Shown here: piece by piece, positions 46,843 through 57,552 of the stretch
How positions within the stretch are numbered: position 1 is the stretch's first letter
How the letters are laid out: each line of letters opens with the position of its first letter
Source: Rhodothermales bacterium
Lineage (GTDB): Bacteria > Bacteroidota > Rhodothermia > Rhodothermales > UBA10348
Assembly: GCA_028284865.1 (NCBI GenBank)
Contig: JANQQV010000006.1
Span: 207,775 to 271,774, forward strand
Reading direction: 5' to 3'
DNA length: 64,000 nt
Notes under the pieces: generated by a model
The model's database searches: none
What the model was told of the DNA's origin: nothing
Seen by the model: the letters and a program-made list of their open reading frames with translations, nothing else
Program-made: the position numbers and the translations under genes

Positions 46843-49842
46843 GTGATTCAAGGACCACGCTGGCGCGTCGTGTGCGCAGCACTGTTCTGCTTTCTTCTCG
46901 CCCCCGCCGCATTCGCCCAGACGGGATCCTTTGCAGGGATCGTCATCGATGGCGATTTCGGAGATCCCCTCATTGGAGCCAACGTCGCTCTGAAAGGCAC
47001 CCTCCAAGGAACGTCGACTGATCTGGAAGGCCGCTTCCGCATCAACGACGTGCCAGTCGGCATGCAGACGTTCGAAGTCTCGTACATCGGCTTCCAGACG
47101 ATGACGATTGAAGGCGTCGAAATCATCGAAGGCGAAGTCACCCGACTGGATATCACCCTGCTCAGCGAAGCTTTTGAGCTTGAAGGTGAGGTCGTCGTCG
47201 AGGCGCGCGCCATCCGAAACAACGAGTCGGTCCTTCTCAAGGATCGCCAGAAAGCGGACGGCGTCTCGGACGCCATATCCGCCGAAGCCATCAGCCGTTC
47301 TGGTTCAGGCGATGCCGCCGCCGCGATGTCCAAAGTGACCGGCGCCTCCGTCATGGGTGGCAAGTATGTCTACATCCGTGGCCTCGGCGATCGCTACACC
47401 AACACGACGCTGAACGGCTCCACGTTGCCGTCGGCTGATCCGGACCGCAAGTCGTTCCAGCTCGACCTCTTCCCGACGGCGCTGCTCGACAACATCGTAA
47501 CGCTGAAGACCTTCACGCCTGATAAGCCAGGTGATTTCTCGGGCGGTCTCGTGGATGTTGCCACGAAAGCATTCCCGGACAACTTCACGTTCTCGCTTTC
47601 GGCTTCATTGACGTATGACGATCTGGCCACCGGGAGCTCGGACTTTTTGACCTACGCCCGATCCTCGACGGATTGGTTGGGCTGGGATGACGGTCAGCGC
47701 GGCCTGCCGTCGATCTTCGAGGACAAGGATCCCGAGGCCGATCTTCCCACTGAGCAGGATCTACGCGATCTGCGCTCGGGCGTGACCAATGAGATTCGAT
47801 CGGCGCGTGCCGACTCGCTGAACGCATTTTCGCGTGCCTTCAACGGACAGATGGTCCCGGTTCAGGACTCAGCGCCGATCAACTACAGCTTCTCGACTGC
47901 CATCGGCGGCCAGTCCACACTGAAAGGAATGAAGGTCGGCTACACAGGTAGCGTGACCTACGGCCGGACGTACTCCCTGTACGAAGATGGCGTCTTCAGC
48001 CAGTGGAATCTGACGGGAGGCACAGTCGAAGGCGTCGACAACCTTGTTTCGAACACCTATTTCGGTGCCGATCCGAATCTGGAGTTGATCTCGCGTGCAG
48101 ATCCGCTAGAAGCACCTTCCTTCGTCAACATGCGCGGAAGTGAAGAGGCCAACTGGGGAACGAGTGGATCGTTTTCGATCCGTCCTTCGAACAACCACGA
48201 GATGACGCTCACGGCGCTGCGCACGCAAAGCGGTCGCAGCGAAGCGACCATGCTTGCCGGTTTCCGGGATCAGAACGCTACCTCGACGTTCTTTACCCGC
48301 GCGTTGGACTACGAAGAACGTTCGCTGACCTCCCTTCAGCTACGTGGCAAGAGCCTTTTTGGCCCAATGACCGCAGAGTGGGCCGTTTCGGGTGGACAGA
48401 ATACCCAGGAAGAGCCTGATCTGCGCTTCTTCTCCTCGGTCCAGAACATCTTTGAGCGCTCGGCTGGTGTCGATACGACGTTCAGCCTTGGAGGCGGGAA
48501 CGCTCCTCCACCGCAGCGCTTTTTCCGCAACCTGAGTGAAGACACGCGTAGTGCGAAACTCGACCTCACCTTGCCGATCGACCTGGGCGCTGCCCGTCGA
48601 CTGGAGCTCAAGGTTGGCGGCGCCATCGAGGCTACTGAGCGCACATTCCGCCAGCGTCGCTTCGAATACCGCGAAGGCCGTGAAATTCGCTACCGTGACT
48701 TCGAAGGCGATGTTGCTGCCTACTTTGCACCGGAAAACTTCGGAGTTCTCGACACCCTGAATGTCGGTGCCATCACGGCATACAACGCCGGTCTCTACAT
48801 CCTGGAGAACTCGCCGAAGCGAGGCAATTACGATGCCGACCGCGACGTGCAGGCTGCCTATTTCATGGCAAAGGTCCCCGTCACGCGTTCATTCAACGCT
48901 ATCGTGGGCGCTCGGATGGAAACGACTACGATCCTGACCGAGAGCTTCGACGATACGCTTCCTGATGAACTTCGAATGGCCGAGCTGGATCAGACGGACA
49001 TCCTTCCGTCGGTCAATGTTGTCTACGAGCTGACGGATCGCATGAATCTTCGGGCTGCTGCTACCCGCACGCTGGCGCGCCCGACGTTCCGCGAGCTGGC
49101 ACCATTCCAGAGTTTCGACTTTGTGGGTGGGGACGTGCAGGAAGGAAACCCGCTGCTGAATCGCACGCTGATCACCAACTATGATCTGCGTTGGGAATGG
49201 TTTGTCCGTCCTGGTGAGATTTTTGCCATCTCCGGGTTCTACAAGGACTTCACGGATCCCATCGAGCGGGTACTCCGCAACGTGGGTGAAGGTCGATTTG
49301 TAGGATTCCAGAATGTGGAGTCTGCCACGGTCTACGGAGCAGAGTTTGAGGCCCGCAAGCGCCTCGACGCATTCACCAGCAACCCGATCCTCGGTCGGAT
49401 CTCGCTCGGTGGCAACCTGTCGCTGGTTCAATCTCAGGTAGACATTCCACAGGAAGAGATGGTCATCATTCTGGCTTCTGACCGCGATGCCGATGATACC
49501 CGTCAGCTGGTAGGACAGTCTCCGTACATCGTGAACCTTAACGCTGTGTATGAGAACATCGAAACGGGAACGGCCATCGGCCTCTACTACACGGTCTTTG
49601 GTGATCGCCTGTTGGCCGTGACCGAGGGCGCAACCCCGGATGTATTTGAGGAAGCCCGTGCAGATCTCGATCTCACGGTATCTCGCAAAGTCTCGCGGGA
49701 CTTCCGCATGAAGCTCTCAGCAAAGAACCTGCTGGGCACCGATATGCGGCAGATCCAGAGTTTCAAGGGCACAGATTACGAGTACCTCTCGCATTCCCGT
49801 TCCCGTACCTTTTCGCTTGGTCTGACCTACGAAATCAACTAG
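46843..49842 (+). CDS. TonB-dependent outer-membrane receptor with an N-terminal CarboxypepD_reg domain
   Basis: 999 aa, GTG start. Signal peptide, then GIVIDGDFGDPLIGANVAL (carboxypeptidase-regulatory fold), a plug (YVYIRGLGDRYTNTTLNG) and a long beta-barrel. Confidence 0.92.
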   Translation: MIQGPRWRVVCAALFCFLLAPAAFAQTGSFAGIVIDGDFGDPLIGANVALKGTLQGTSTDLEGRFRINDVPVGMQTFEVSYIGFQTMTIEGVEIIEGEVTRLDITLLSEAFELEGEVVVEARAIRNNESVLLKDRQKADGVSDAISAEAISRSGSGDAAAAMSKVTGASVMGGKYVYIRGLGDRYTNTTLNGSTLPSADPDRKSFQLDLFPTALLDNIVTLKTFTPDKPGDFSGGLVDVATKAFPDNFTFSLSASLTYDDLATGSSDFLTYARSSTDWLGWDDGQRGLPSIFEDKDPEADLPTEQDLRDLRSGVTNEIRSARADSLNAFSRAFNGQMVPVQDSAPINYSFSTAIGGQSTLKGMKVGYTGSVTYGRTYSLYEDGVFSQWNLTGGTVEGVDNLVSNTYFGADPNLELISRADPLEAPSFVNMRGSEEANWGTSGSFSIRPSNNHEMTLTALRTQSGRSEATMLAGFRDQNATSTFFTRALDYEERSLTSLQLRGKSLFGPMTAEWAVSGGQNTQEEPDLRFFSSVQNIFERSAGVDTTFSLGGGNAPPPQRFFRNLSEDTRSAKLDLTLPIDLGAARRLELKVGGAIEATERTFRQRRFEYREGREIRYRDFEGDVAAYFAPENFGVLDTLNVGAITAYNAGLYILENSPKRGNYDADRDVQAAYFMAKVPVTRSFNAIVGARMETTTILTESFDDTLPDELRMAELDQTDILPSVNVVYELTDRMNLRAAATRTLARPTFRELAPFQSFDFVGGDVQEGNPLLNRTLITNYDLRWEWFVRPGEIFAISGFYKDFTDPIERVLRNVGEGRFVGFQNVESATVYGAEFEARKRLDAFTSNPILGRISLGGNLSLVQSQVDIPQEEMVIILASDRDADDTRQLVGQSPYIVNLNAVYENIETGTAIGLYYTVFGDRLLAVTEGATPDVFEEARADLDLTVSRKVSRDFRMKLSAKNLLGTDMRQIQSFKGTDYEYLSHSRSRTFSLGLTYEIN

Positions 49843-49900
49843 GGAAGCCAAGCGTGATTACCTGACATAGGAGTTCGGATCGCCCGGACTTCAGCCCGCG

Positions 49901-49937
49901 ACAGAAGGCAGCCACCAGGCTGCCTTCTGTGGTTTCC
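49901..49937 (+). terminator. Intrinsic terminator after the TonB-dependent receptor gene
   Basis: ACAGAAGGCAGCC-ACCA-GGCTGCCTTCTGT followed by GGTTTCC. Confidence 0.6.
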
Positions 49938-50009
49938 GGCCTGCATTAAGAAATCGTTAGCTCACTGTTAGCGGACTGTTACCCACCCCCAAATACCACA
50001 ACTGATACC

Positions 50010-51773
50010 ATGCAACGAGCGCTACCAACCCTGTTTGCTTTGCTGCTGATTGTTGGATTCACTGCTGGCACCTCGCTGGCCCAGTCTGATGATGTAGAAG
50101 CCCGCCCAACGGTCACCGTGACCGATTCTGACATCAATGCCGGTGACACGGTCTCTTGGACGAAGGGCAACGTATATATCCTCGATGGCCTCGTCATCGT
50201 TGAAGATCGTGCTACCCTGAACATCGAAGCCGGTACAGTCATCAAGGCCAACGACGAGCAGAGCGTGAACGCATCGGCTCTCGTGGTTGCTCGTGGAGCA
50301 CGGATCGTGGCTGAGGGCACGGCGGATGAGCCCATCATTTTCACCTCCATCCAAGACAACATTTCCAGCGCTGATTTCCTGACCTATCAGGACCGCGGTC
50401 TTTGGGGGGGAATCATCCTGCTCGGTGCCGCCCGGACGAACAATGCCGGGGATGCTGCGAGCGACTGGAAGGAAATTGAAGGGGTCAACGAAATCCTTCC
50501 CGATGGCGATACGCGCGCCGAGTACGGCGGTACGGATGACAACGACTCATCTGGCATCATGCGCTACGTCTCTATCCGTCATACTGGGATCAACATCGGT
50601 GAGTCTGATGGAAATGAGATCCAGGGTCTCACTCTCGGCGGCGTTGGCGCGGGCACGACGCTCGAGTATATCGAGTCGTATGCCTCAGGTGACGACGGTG
50701 TTGAATTCTTCGGTGGAACGGTAAACCTGAAGTACTTCGTATCCGCCTTCAACTCGGATGACGCTGTCGATTGGGATCAGGGCTACCGCGGTAAAGGTCA
50801 GTTCTGGTTCGTCATCCAGGGTGAGGACGCAGCCGGTGCGGCAGCTGAAATGGATGGCGCTGGTGGTGATGAAAACACTGAGCCCTATGCCAAACCAATC
50901 GTATTCAATGCTACTTATATCGGTGGTGGTGTAAGCAACACCCCCGACGGTGATCGCGGTGAGATGCTCATGTTCCGGGATAACACAGGTGGGGAATATC
51001 GGAATTCCATCTTCACCGACTACAATTCCACTGCCGGTGGCCTGGCTCTCACCATTGAGGATATCGACAACACAGGCGACCGTCCACTCGATTCGCGCCA
51101 GCGTTTTGAAGTAGGCGATTTGCAGCTGACAAATAACCTGTGGTACGGATTTGCTGCGGGCAACAATCCCTCCCAGTTCGTCAACCCCGGCCTGGAGAAC
51201 CAGCAGGCCATCATCGATTACCTCGTTGCCAACGGCAACGTCGTCGAGGATCCCATGATTGCTGGAGTGGATCGTTCTCCAACGCCTTCAAACGGCCTGG
51301 ACCCACGCCCAACAGGAAATAGCCCCGCATTTACCATGGCACGGGCCACCTATCCTTCAGACGGCTTCTTTACCGATGTACCGTTCGTCGGCGCTTTTGG
51401 AAGTGAGAACTGGGCGCTGGGCTGGACCGCTCTTGATGCCGTCGGTTTCTTCGGCGATATCGCGACGGGCCAGACGGTTGATGTTGAGGATGGTTTTGCT
51501 GAGCTGCCGCAGCAGGTTGAGCTGGCTCAGAACTTCCCCAATCCATTCAACCCGACCACGAATATTTCCGTCAGGCTTCAGCAGACCCAGCAAGTTCGGC
51601 TGTCCGTTCACGATGTGCTTGGTCGCGAAATCGCCGTCCTCGTCGACGGTGTTCAGCCCGCAGGAACGATCGAGGCCCGCTTCGATGCGAGTGGTCTGAC
51701 CTCTGGTATGTACATCTACCGCTTGCAGACCGTTGCTGGTACGGTATCGAAAACAATGACGCTGCTCAAGTAA
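50010..51773 (+). CDS. Secreted protein of unknown function with a T9SS type-A C-terminal sorting domain
   Basis: 587 aa. Signal peptide. The central region has beta-helix-like repeats (my impression only). The CTD is NFPNPFNPTTNISV...GMYIYRLQTVAGTVSKTMTLLK. Confidence 0.85.
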   Translation: MQRALPTLFALLLIVGFTAGTSLAQSDDVEARPTVTVTDSDINAGDTVSWTKGNVYILDGLVIVEDRATLNIEAGTVIKANDEQSVNASALVVARGARIVAEGTADEPIIFTSIQDNISSADFLTYQDRGLWGGIILLGAARTNNAGDAASDWKEIEGVNEILPDGDTRAEYGGTDDNDSSGIMRYVSIRHTGINIGESDGNEIQGLTLGGVGAGTTLEYIESYASGDDGVEFFGGTVNLKYFVSAFNSDDAVDWDQGYRGKGQFWFVIQGEDAAGAAAEMDGAGGDENTEPYAKPIVFNATYIGGGVSNTPDGDRGEMLMFRDNTGGEYRNSIFTDYNSTAGGLALTIEDIDNTGDRPLDSRQRFEVGDLQLTNNLWYGFAAGNNPSQFVNPGLENQQAIIDYLVANGNVVEDPMIAGVDRSPTPSNGLDPRPTGNSPAFTMARATYPSDGFFTDVPFVGAFGSENWALGWTALDAVGFFGDIATGQTVDVEDGFAELPQQVELAQNFPNPFNPTTNISVRLQQTQQVRLSVHDVLGREIAVLVDGVQPAGTIEARFDASGLTSGMYIYRLQTVAGTVSKTMTLLK

Positions 51774-51851
51774 TCGGGAAGGACGGTCCCAAGGGATGAC
51801 GGGACCCGTCCGCACCACCCGTAGCGTCTTGTTACCCGCTCAGCGGGCCAC

Positions 51852-51879
51852 GGGGCGGCCACCGAAAGGTGGCCGCCCC
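51852..51879 (+). terminator. Perfect 12-bp GC hairpin downstream of the T9SS cargo gene, no U-tract
   Basis: GGGGCGGCCACC-GAAA-GGTGGCCGCCCC. Confidence 0.4.
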
Positions 51880-52062
51880 GCATTGGTTCAGGTAGTCCTC
51901 GCAGACAAGAGGGGCATGAACCCGTCGCGGCTCGCATCCGGCCGGTCGGAGAGCCCCTATACTGGCTATACATTGCGTATACTGTCGCGCCCTCCGATAC
52001 GCTTGCTTCCGGGCTGCGGACGGGCCGATTGATTCTGTAGTAGACCGCACCCGCGCGCCCGC

Positions 52063-53313
52063 ATGGCCCGGAGAGACAATTCTCACCCGTATCTGGTCCT
52101 GTTTGCCCTGTGGCTGATGGTGTTTTCCGCCAGCGCCCAGGTGATCATTGTATCTCCCATTTTGCCGAGAATTGGGGAAGCGCTGAATGTTGCCGAAGCC
52201 CATCAAGGCTGGCTCATCACCTCGTACGCTGTATTCTTAAGCCTTTTCGCGCTCATCATCGGTCCGATTTCCGACAAGTTTGGGCGGCGACTGGTGATTC
52301 TGTTGGGATGTGGATCGATGGCAGCGGCGCTGTGGATGCATGCCGTCGTCGACACGTTTTCCCAGTTGCTCATAATGCGTGCCGCTGCCGGTGCGGCGGG
52401 CGGTATGCTGAGCGGTGCGGCCGTCTCGTATGTCGGGGATTACTTCCCGTACAACAAGCGGGGGTGGGCCAATGGTTGGGTAATGAGTGGAATAGCCGTA
52501 GGCCAAATCATCGGTATTCCCATAGGGACGATTCTGGCCGATTGGTTCGGGTTCAAAGGTGCCTTCCTCATGTTCGCCGGAACGATGACGCTGACCACGA
52601 TTCTGATCTGGTTCTATGTCCCTCAGCCCGATGTGCAGCGCAATCAGAACCGGTTGACGTTGAAGTCGGCCATCGCAGGATATCGTGAACTCTTGGGTCG
52701 CCGGGTGGTCGTCGCTGCCAGTGCGACCTACTTCCTGATGTTCTTCAGCATCGGACTCTACGTGATCTACCTGCCGACATGGCTTGAGCAACACCTGAAT
52801 GTGGAAGCGACAGCCATTGCGTCGTTGTTCTTCGTTGGCGGGATCGCAAACGTCATCGCCGGGCCCTACGCAGGGAAGCTTTCAGATCGCACAGGGCGCA
52901 AGCCCCTGATCATCGTGTCGTGTATTGGATTGGCGCTGGTCATGGTCGTCACCACATACTGGACGACCTCCATGTTCATTGCCTACATCCTGTTCGGATT
53001 CGCGATGATCATGTTTGCTCTGCGCATCAGTCCGTTGCAGTCCTTGATGACGGCCATCGTTGAAGAGCAGCGCCGTGGCGCGCTGCTGGCGCTTGCCGTA
53101 GCCATTGGACAGGTAGGTATCGGGCTGGGCGGCGCCGCAGCAGGGATTGCCTATGTGCGCTATGGGTATGTGTCAAACACGATCACCGGTGCCGTTGCCA
53201 TTATTGGCATGGCCATCCTGGTGCACATGACTCTTCCTGAGCCAAAAGATGACAAGAAGCGCGAGGCGGAAATCGAGGACACCTTTGACCCGGTGATCGA
53301 GCCCTCGAAGTAA
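52063..53313 (+). CDS. MFS transporter
   Basis: 416 aa, about 12 predicted TM helices. MFS loop motif [10 protein letters not shown] and a second [10 protein letters not shown]. Confidence 0.9.
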   Translation: MARRDNSHPYLVLFALWLMVFSASAQVIIVSPILPRIGEALNVAEAHQGWLITSYAVFLSLFALIIGPISDKFGRRLVILLGCGSMAAALWMHAVVDTFSQLLIMRAAAGAAGGMLSGAAVSYVGDYFPYNKRGWANGWVMSGIAVGQIIGIPIGTILADWFGFKGAFLMFAGTMTLTTILIWFYVPQPDVQRNQNRLTLKSAIAGYRELLGRRVVVAASATYFLMFFSIGLYVIYLPTWLEQHLNVEATAIASLFFVGGIANVIAGPYAGKLSDRTGRKPLIIVSCIGLALVMVVTTYWTTSMFIAYILFGFAMIMFALRISPLQSLMTAIVEEQRRGALLALAVAIGQVGIGLGGAAAGIAYVRYGYVSNTITGAVAIIGMAILVHMTLPEPKDDKKREAEIEDTFDPVIEPSK

Positions 53314-53344
53314 TAGACTGGGTTCTGCCGGGCACAAGTACGAG

Positions 53345-53380
53345 AAAGGGCCGCCGACCATGGGTCGGCGCCCCTTTTCA
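53345..53380. terminator. Bidirectional intrinsic terminator between the convergent MFS and rho genes
   Basis: AAAGGGCCGCCGACC-ATG-GGTCGGCGCCCCTTTTC. U-tracts are available on both strands. Confidence 0.65.
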
Positions 53381-53458
53381 TGTCAGAACACATTCTGCAT
53401 GTCAGGACACGTTGGTTATCGGTCAGTCCGACAGCGGAAGATCTAGGAGTTCCCAGTT

Positions 53459-55438
53459 CTATGAGTTCATTGTGACCAGGAACTCGTCGTTCTTCTTCGT
53501 GCCACGCATCTTGTCGAGCAGGAAGTTCATCGCATCAATCGGATTCATGTCTGCAAGCAGCTTTCGCAGGATCCAGATGCGCTTGAGCTTCGCCTCGGGG
53601 ATGAGCAGCTCTTCGCGACGCGTTCCGGACTTCACGATGTGAATGGCCGGGAAGATGCGACGGTCAGCGAGCTCGCGATCGAGAACGATCTCCGAGTTAC
53701 CCGTTCCTTTGAACTCTTCGAAGATGACCTCATCCATGCGGCTTCCCGTGTCGATGAGGGCCGTACCGATGATGGTCAGCGAACCACCCTCTTCGATGTT
53801 GCGGGCCGCACCGAAGAAGCGTTTCGGGCCACGGAGGGCGCCAGCTTCCATACCACCGGAAAGCGTTTTACCGGTCGACGTGGTCACGGCGTTGTGGGCA
53901 CGAGCCAGACGCGTGATCGAGTCGAGCAGGATGACGACATCCTGACCGGCCTCAACAAGGCGCTTAGCCTTCTGCAGAACGATGTCTGCGACTTCGACGT
54001 GTTTCTCCGGGTCCTGGTCGAACGTGGAGGCGATGACTTCACCTTGCACATGGCGACGCATGTCGGTGACCTCTTCCGGACGTTCGTCCACAAGGAGGAT
54101 CAGGAGATGACACTCCGGATGGTTGGTCGTGACGGCGTTGGCAATCTTCTGGAGAAGAATGGTCTTACCCGTCTTGGGCTGCGCCACGATCAGGGCACGC
54201 TGTCCCTTACCGACCGGTGAGAACAGGTCCATCACACGAGTCGAGTACTCGCCGCCGAGTGTTTGCAGCACAAGCTGCTCCTCGGGGTAGTAGGGCGTCA
54301 GGTAGTCAAAGCTTGGACGCTCGTCGATTTCACCAGGGGCACGACCATTGATCGAGTTCACCTGGATGAGCGCGAAGTAGCGCTCACCTTCTTTCGGAGG
54401 GCGAATCTCACCGTCCACCGTGTCGCCTCCCTTGAGCGCAAAACGTTTGATCTGCGAAGGAGAGACGTAGATGTCGTCCGGGCTTGGCAAATAGTTGAAT
54501 TCGGCGCTGCGCAGGAATCCGTAGCCATCGGGCAGGATCTGAAGAACGCCGATCTTGCGGATCATGCCGTCGAGCTCAACCTCTTTCGGGTTGTACTCCT
54601 GCATGTATTCCGGCTGGTCCGCGTACACCTGTTTACGGCGCTCTTCGCGGGCCTCGCGGTTGCGATCCCGGCGGCTGCGACGTCCGCCGTCCCGATCGTC
54701 ATTGCGGTTGCCATCACGATTACCGTCCCGGTTGCGGTCGCGATTCCGATCACGACTGCGGTCGCGTCCTCGTTCGTTTCCGTCCTCGCGATCGTCGCGA
54801 CGGTTGTCCCGGCGATTGTCGTCACGACCTTCTTTGCCGCGGGAATCATTGCCGCGAGAGTCATTGTCCCGACCACGACGGCGATTGTCTCCGTCCCGAT
54901 CGTCCTGGCGACCCCGTCCGCGACCACGACCGCGTCCACGGTTGTCGCTACGACCATCACCGCGGCTATCGTCATCGCGCTGGCGCTGACGATCGTCTCC
55001 GCCGTCACCATCACGCCCACGACGGGAGCGACGGCCATCGGCCTCCTGGCCTTCGTCCCGAGAATCACGATCACCACGATCATTTCTGTCCCGGCGTCCG
55101 CGGCCTTTGTTGTCGTCTGACTCCTCGGTTTTTTCGTCGCTCTTGCGAGAACCACGACGCGGACGGGAGCCGTCGGCGTCATCCGACTTGCTGCGGCGAC
55201 GTTTGTCCTCGGTGGCATCGCCATCTGAGGATTTGGCCGAGCCGTTCGAAGAGTCGTTTCCTGCCGCCTTGTCATCACGACGGCGGCGATTGGAGCCCGC
55301 AGCGGCTTCCGCCTTGGCCTCCAAAATGAGATAAATGAGATCCTGTTTGCGCATGGCAGAGAACCCACCAAGGTTCATCTGCTTCGCAATCTGTTTGAGT
55401 TCAGGAAGCTTCTTGTCCTGAAGGTCAGCAATTTTCAT
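53459..55438 (-). CDS. rho: Transcription termination factor Rho with a ~240-aa Arg/Asp/Gly/Asn-rich N-terminal insertion
   Basis: ORF 53459-55552 (TTG). The conserved N-terminus [23 protein letters not shown] starts at 55438. CSD-like block [14 protein letters not shown], Walker [15 protein letters not shown]. The C-terminal two-thirds is canonical Rho. Confidence 0.95.
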   Translation of the reverse strand: MKIADLQDKKLPELKQIAKQMNLGGFSAMRKQDLIYLILEAKAEAAAGSNRRRRDDKAAGNDSSNGSAKSSDGDATEDKRRRSKSDDADGSRPRRGSRKSDEKTEESDDNKGRGRRDRNDRGDRDSRDEGQEADGRRSRRGRDGDGGDDRQRQRDDDSRGDGRSDNRGRGRGRGRGRQDDRDGDNRRRGRDNDSRGNDSRGKEGRDDNRRDNRRDDREDGNERGRDRSRDRNRDRNRDGNRDGNRNDDRDGGRRSRRDRNREAREERRKQVYADQPEYMQEYNPKEVELDGMIRKIGVLQILPDGYGFLRSAEFNYLPSPDDIYVSPSQIKRFALKGGDTVDGEIRPPKEGERYFALIQVNSINGRAPGEIDERPSFDYLTPYYPEEQLVLQTLGGEYSTRVMDLFSPVGKGQRALIVAQPKTGKTILLQKIANAVTTNHPECHLLILLVDERPEEVTDMRRHVQGEVIASTFDQDPEKHVEVADIVLQKAKRLVEAGQDVVILLDSITRLARAHNAVTTSTGKTLSGGMEAGALRGPKRFFGAARNIEEGGSLTIIGTALIDTGSRMDEVIFEEFKGTGNSEIVLDRELADRRIFPAIHIVKSGTRREELLIPEAKLKRIWILRKLLADMNPIDAMNFLLDKMRGTKKNDEFLVTMNS

Positions 55439-55777
55439 GGATTGGAAGGGTGGCCCACTGATATCGCTGCGCAGGAAAGCGCGAGGAAGGGAATCGGGGT
55501 GGCAGATCCGGGATGGGGTTCCTGGCTGTTTGTGCCAAGCGGAATCCCTCAATCAGTTCAGAGCCGTTCGATGGAAGAAAGCAATGGAAAGAAAGACAGC
55601 GATGGCGGAGGGTCCGCCGAACTGGGGAGACCGAAGCCCGGAAAGGAGTTGGGTCGGTCTACATCCGCCTGCGGACGTGAGTCAGGGGTCAACGCAGGCG
55701 AGGCAATGCCTCAAGATAGCCCATTTACGGCGGAAAGCAATACGGGTTCAGTCTCCGGGCGGAAGTTTGCGTGAACC

Positions 55778-57085
55778 TCAGATCGTCCCGGAAAGCACCT
55801 CAAGGGCAACCGAAGCCGTTCTGTATGACCCTCCTACCAGCGTCCGGCCGCCTCGAGCGACGACGCTGGCAATGGTATCGGCCACATTCCCTGCACATTC
55901 AATCGGTCCCGTCCACCCACTCGTCCGAAGGACATCAGCCGCTCGCTCCGCCGATTGCCCCCGGGAGCCATCGATATCAACAGTGATCACGTGGAAGGAG
56001 GTCAGGTCGGCATCAGAAACACGATCGTGCAACCACGACCCGAGTGCCCCCAGGGTCTTGTCAGCCAGGAATCCGAGCACCACATGGCGTTCGAATCCTT
56101 CCGTGGAGCCGATGAAGGCATCAAACGTGCTGCGAAGCGCGTCTTCATTGTGACCCACATCGACCATCACGGATGGATTGACCCACTCCTGTCGGGCTCG
56201 TAACCCGCTTAGTGCGGCCGTATGAGCGAAGCCCTCGCGAACGCGACTATCACCGATAGGGGTGGGCGATAGCTGGTCGATGGCTTCGAGCGCCAGAAGC
56301 GCATTGATGCGTTGGTGCGGCCCCGTGAGTTCGAGCATGATATCGGATACCGCACGCGCGCCGGTCGTCAAGGTCAGAGACCGATCTGGAGCCTCAATGA
56401 TTTGCCGATCGGGTTGGATTTCGATGACCTGCGCGCCGCGATCGGCGAGCACATCCAGAGCCGCTATTCGAGCCTCAGGAATCAGTGGCCCCAGTACGAA
56501 GGGCCGATCGCGGCGTGCGATGGCCGCTTTTTCCCTAGCCACATCGGCCAGAGTCGGTCCTAGAAGCTCCATGTGATCGCGCCCGACCGAGGTCAGGATG
56601 CCCAACGTGGCATCAAGGACATTCGCAGCGTCGAGCCGGCCTCCGAGGCCGATTTCAACGACCCATCTGCTGGCATCGCATTCAGCGAACCAGTGCAGGG
56701 ACAACGCCAGTGTCGCCTCGAAAAAGCTTGGCTGCACGGATTCAAACAGGGGCTCCCATCGCTCAACCGCCTCAGATAGCCAGCTCACGTCAGGCGCGAC
56801 GCCATCGACCCGCATACGCTCGCCTACATAGAGGAGGTGGGGAGACGTGTGCAATCCTGTCCGGACGCCAGCTGCGGTCGAAAGCGCAGCCAGCATCGAA
56901 GCCGTAGAGCCTTTTCCGTTCGTACCAGCTACCAGGACGATCTCGCGACCCTTCTCAGGATGCCCCATTCCAGCCAGCAACGCCTCGATCCGGTCAAATC
57001 CAGGCTTGAGGGCCACCTTGCCCGAAGTGGCGAAAGCGGGCATGGCCAGAAGGCGCTCAAGGGATGTCGATGCCTGATCAGTCAT
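55778..57085 (-). CDS. folC: Folylpolyglutamate synthase / dihydrofolate synthase
   Basis: 435 aa. Mur-ligase P-loop VAGTNGKGST. Confidence 0.9.
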   Translation of the reverse strand: MTDQASTSLERLLAMPAFATSGKVALKPGFDRIEALLAGMGHPEKGREIVLVAGTNGKGSTASMLAALSTAAGVRTGLHTSPHLLYVGERMRVDGVAPDVSWLSEAVERWEPLFESVQPSFFEATLALSLHWFAECDASRWVVEIGLGGRLDAANVLDATLGILTSVGRDHMELLGPTLADVAREKAAIARRDRPFVLGPLIPEARIAALDVLADRGAQVIEIQPDRQIIEAPDRSLTLTTGARAVSDIMLELTGPHQRINALLALEAIDQLSPTPIGDSRVREGFAHTAALSGLRARQEWVNPSVMVDVGHNEDALRSTFDAFIGSTEGFERHVVLGFLADKTLGALGSWLHDRVSDADLTSFHVITVDIDGSRGQSAERAADVLRTSGWTGPIECAGNVADTIASVVARGGRTLVGGSYRTASVALEVLSGTI

Positions 57086-57543
57086 GCAGAGTCGCTGTCT
57101 GCAGGCTCAGGAGGCAGGATCTGGATGCGGCGCACGCCTTCTTCGGCGTGGCGAATAGAGACCAGGATGGTGTCGACCGGCAGGAGGGACTCAATTCGTT
57201 GCGGCCACTCGATCAGGCAGACGCCATCGCCCCCGATATACTCGTCCGCTCCAGTGCGGGCCAGTTCGGCGGCGTCTTCGAGGCGGTAGCAATCGATATG
57301 GTACACGGTTGCTTTCGGCCCTCTGTACTCATGCGCGATCGTGAACGTTGGACTCGAGACTTCTTCGCGCGAAACACCCTGAGATTCGGCAATGCCTTTT
57401 ACAAAATGCGTCTTGCCGGCTCCCAGGTCACCAACGAGGGCCACAACCTGTCCTGCCCGAAGCTGACGACCAAGTTCGTCGCCTGCGGCAATGGTTTCAG
57501 CCACAGATGTGCTGGTCAATTCACGTCGCTCGATCGCAGCCAT
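57082..57543 (-). CDS. tsaE: tRNA t6A37 biosynthesis ATPase TsaE
   Basis: 153 aa. GDLGAGKTHFVKG. Its stop overlaps the folC start (ATGA). Confidence 0.92.
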   Translation of the reverse strand: MAAIERRELTSTSVAETIAAGDELGRQLRAGQVVALVGDLGAGKTHFVKGIAESQGVSREEVSSPTFTIAHEYRGPKATVYHIDCYRLEDAAELARTGADEYIGGDGVCLIEWPQRIESLLPVDTILVSIRHAEEGVRRIQILPPEPADSDSA

Positions 57544-57552
57544 GGGATCAGA

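Noticed and set aside
54263-55371. Several 140-285-aa ORFs on both strands, plus repetitive DNA that might suggest a repeat array or CRISPR
   Set aside because: All lie inside the RD/RG-rich low-complexity insertion of rho. There is no regular repeat-spacer structure. The repetitiveness is codon-level (CGN/GAY/AAY).
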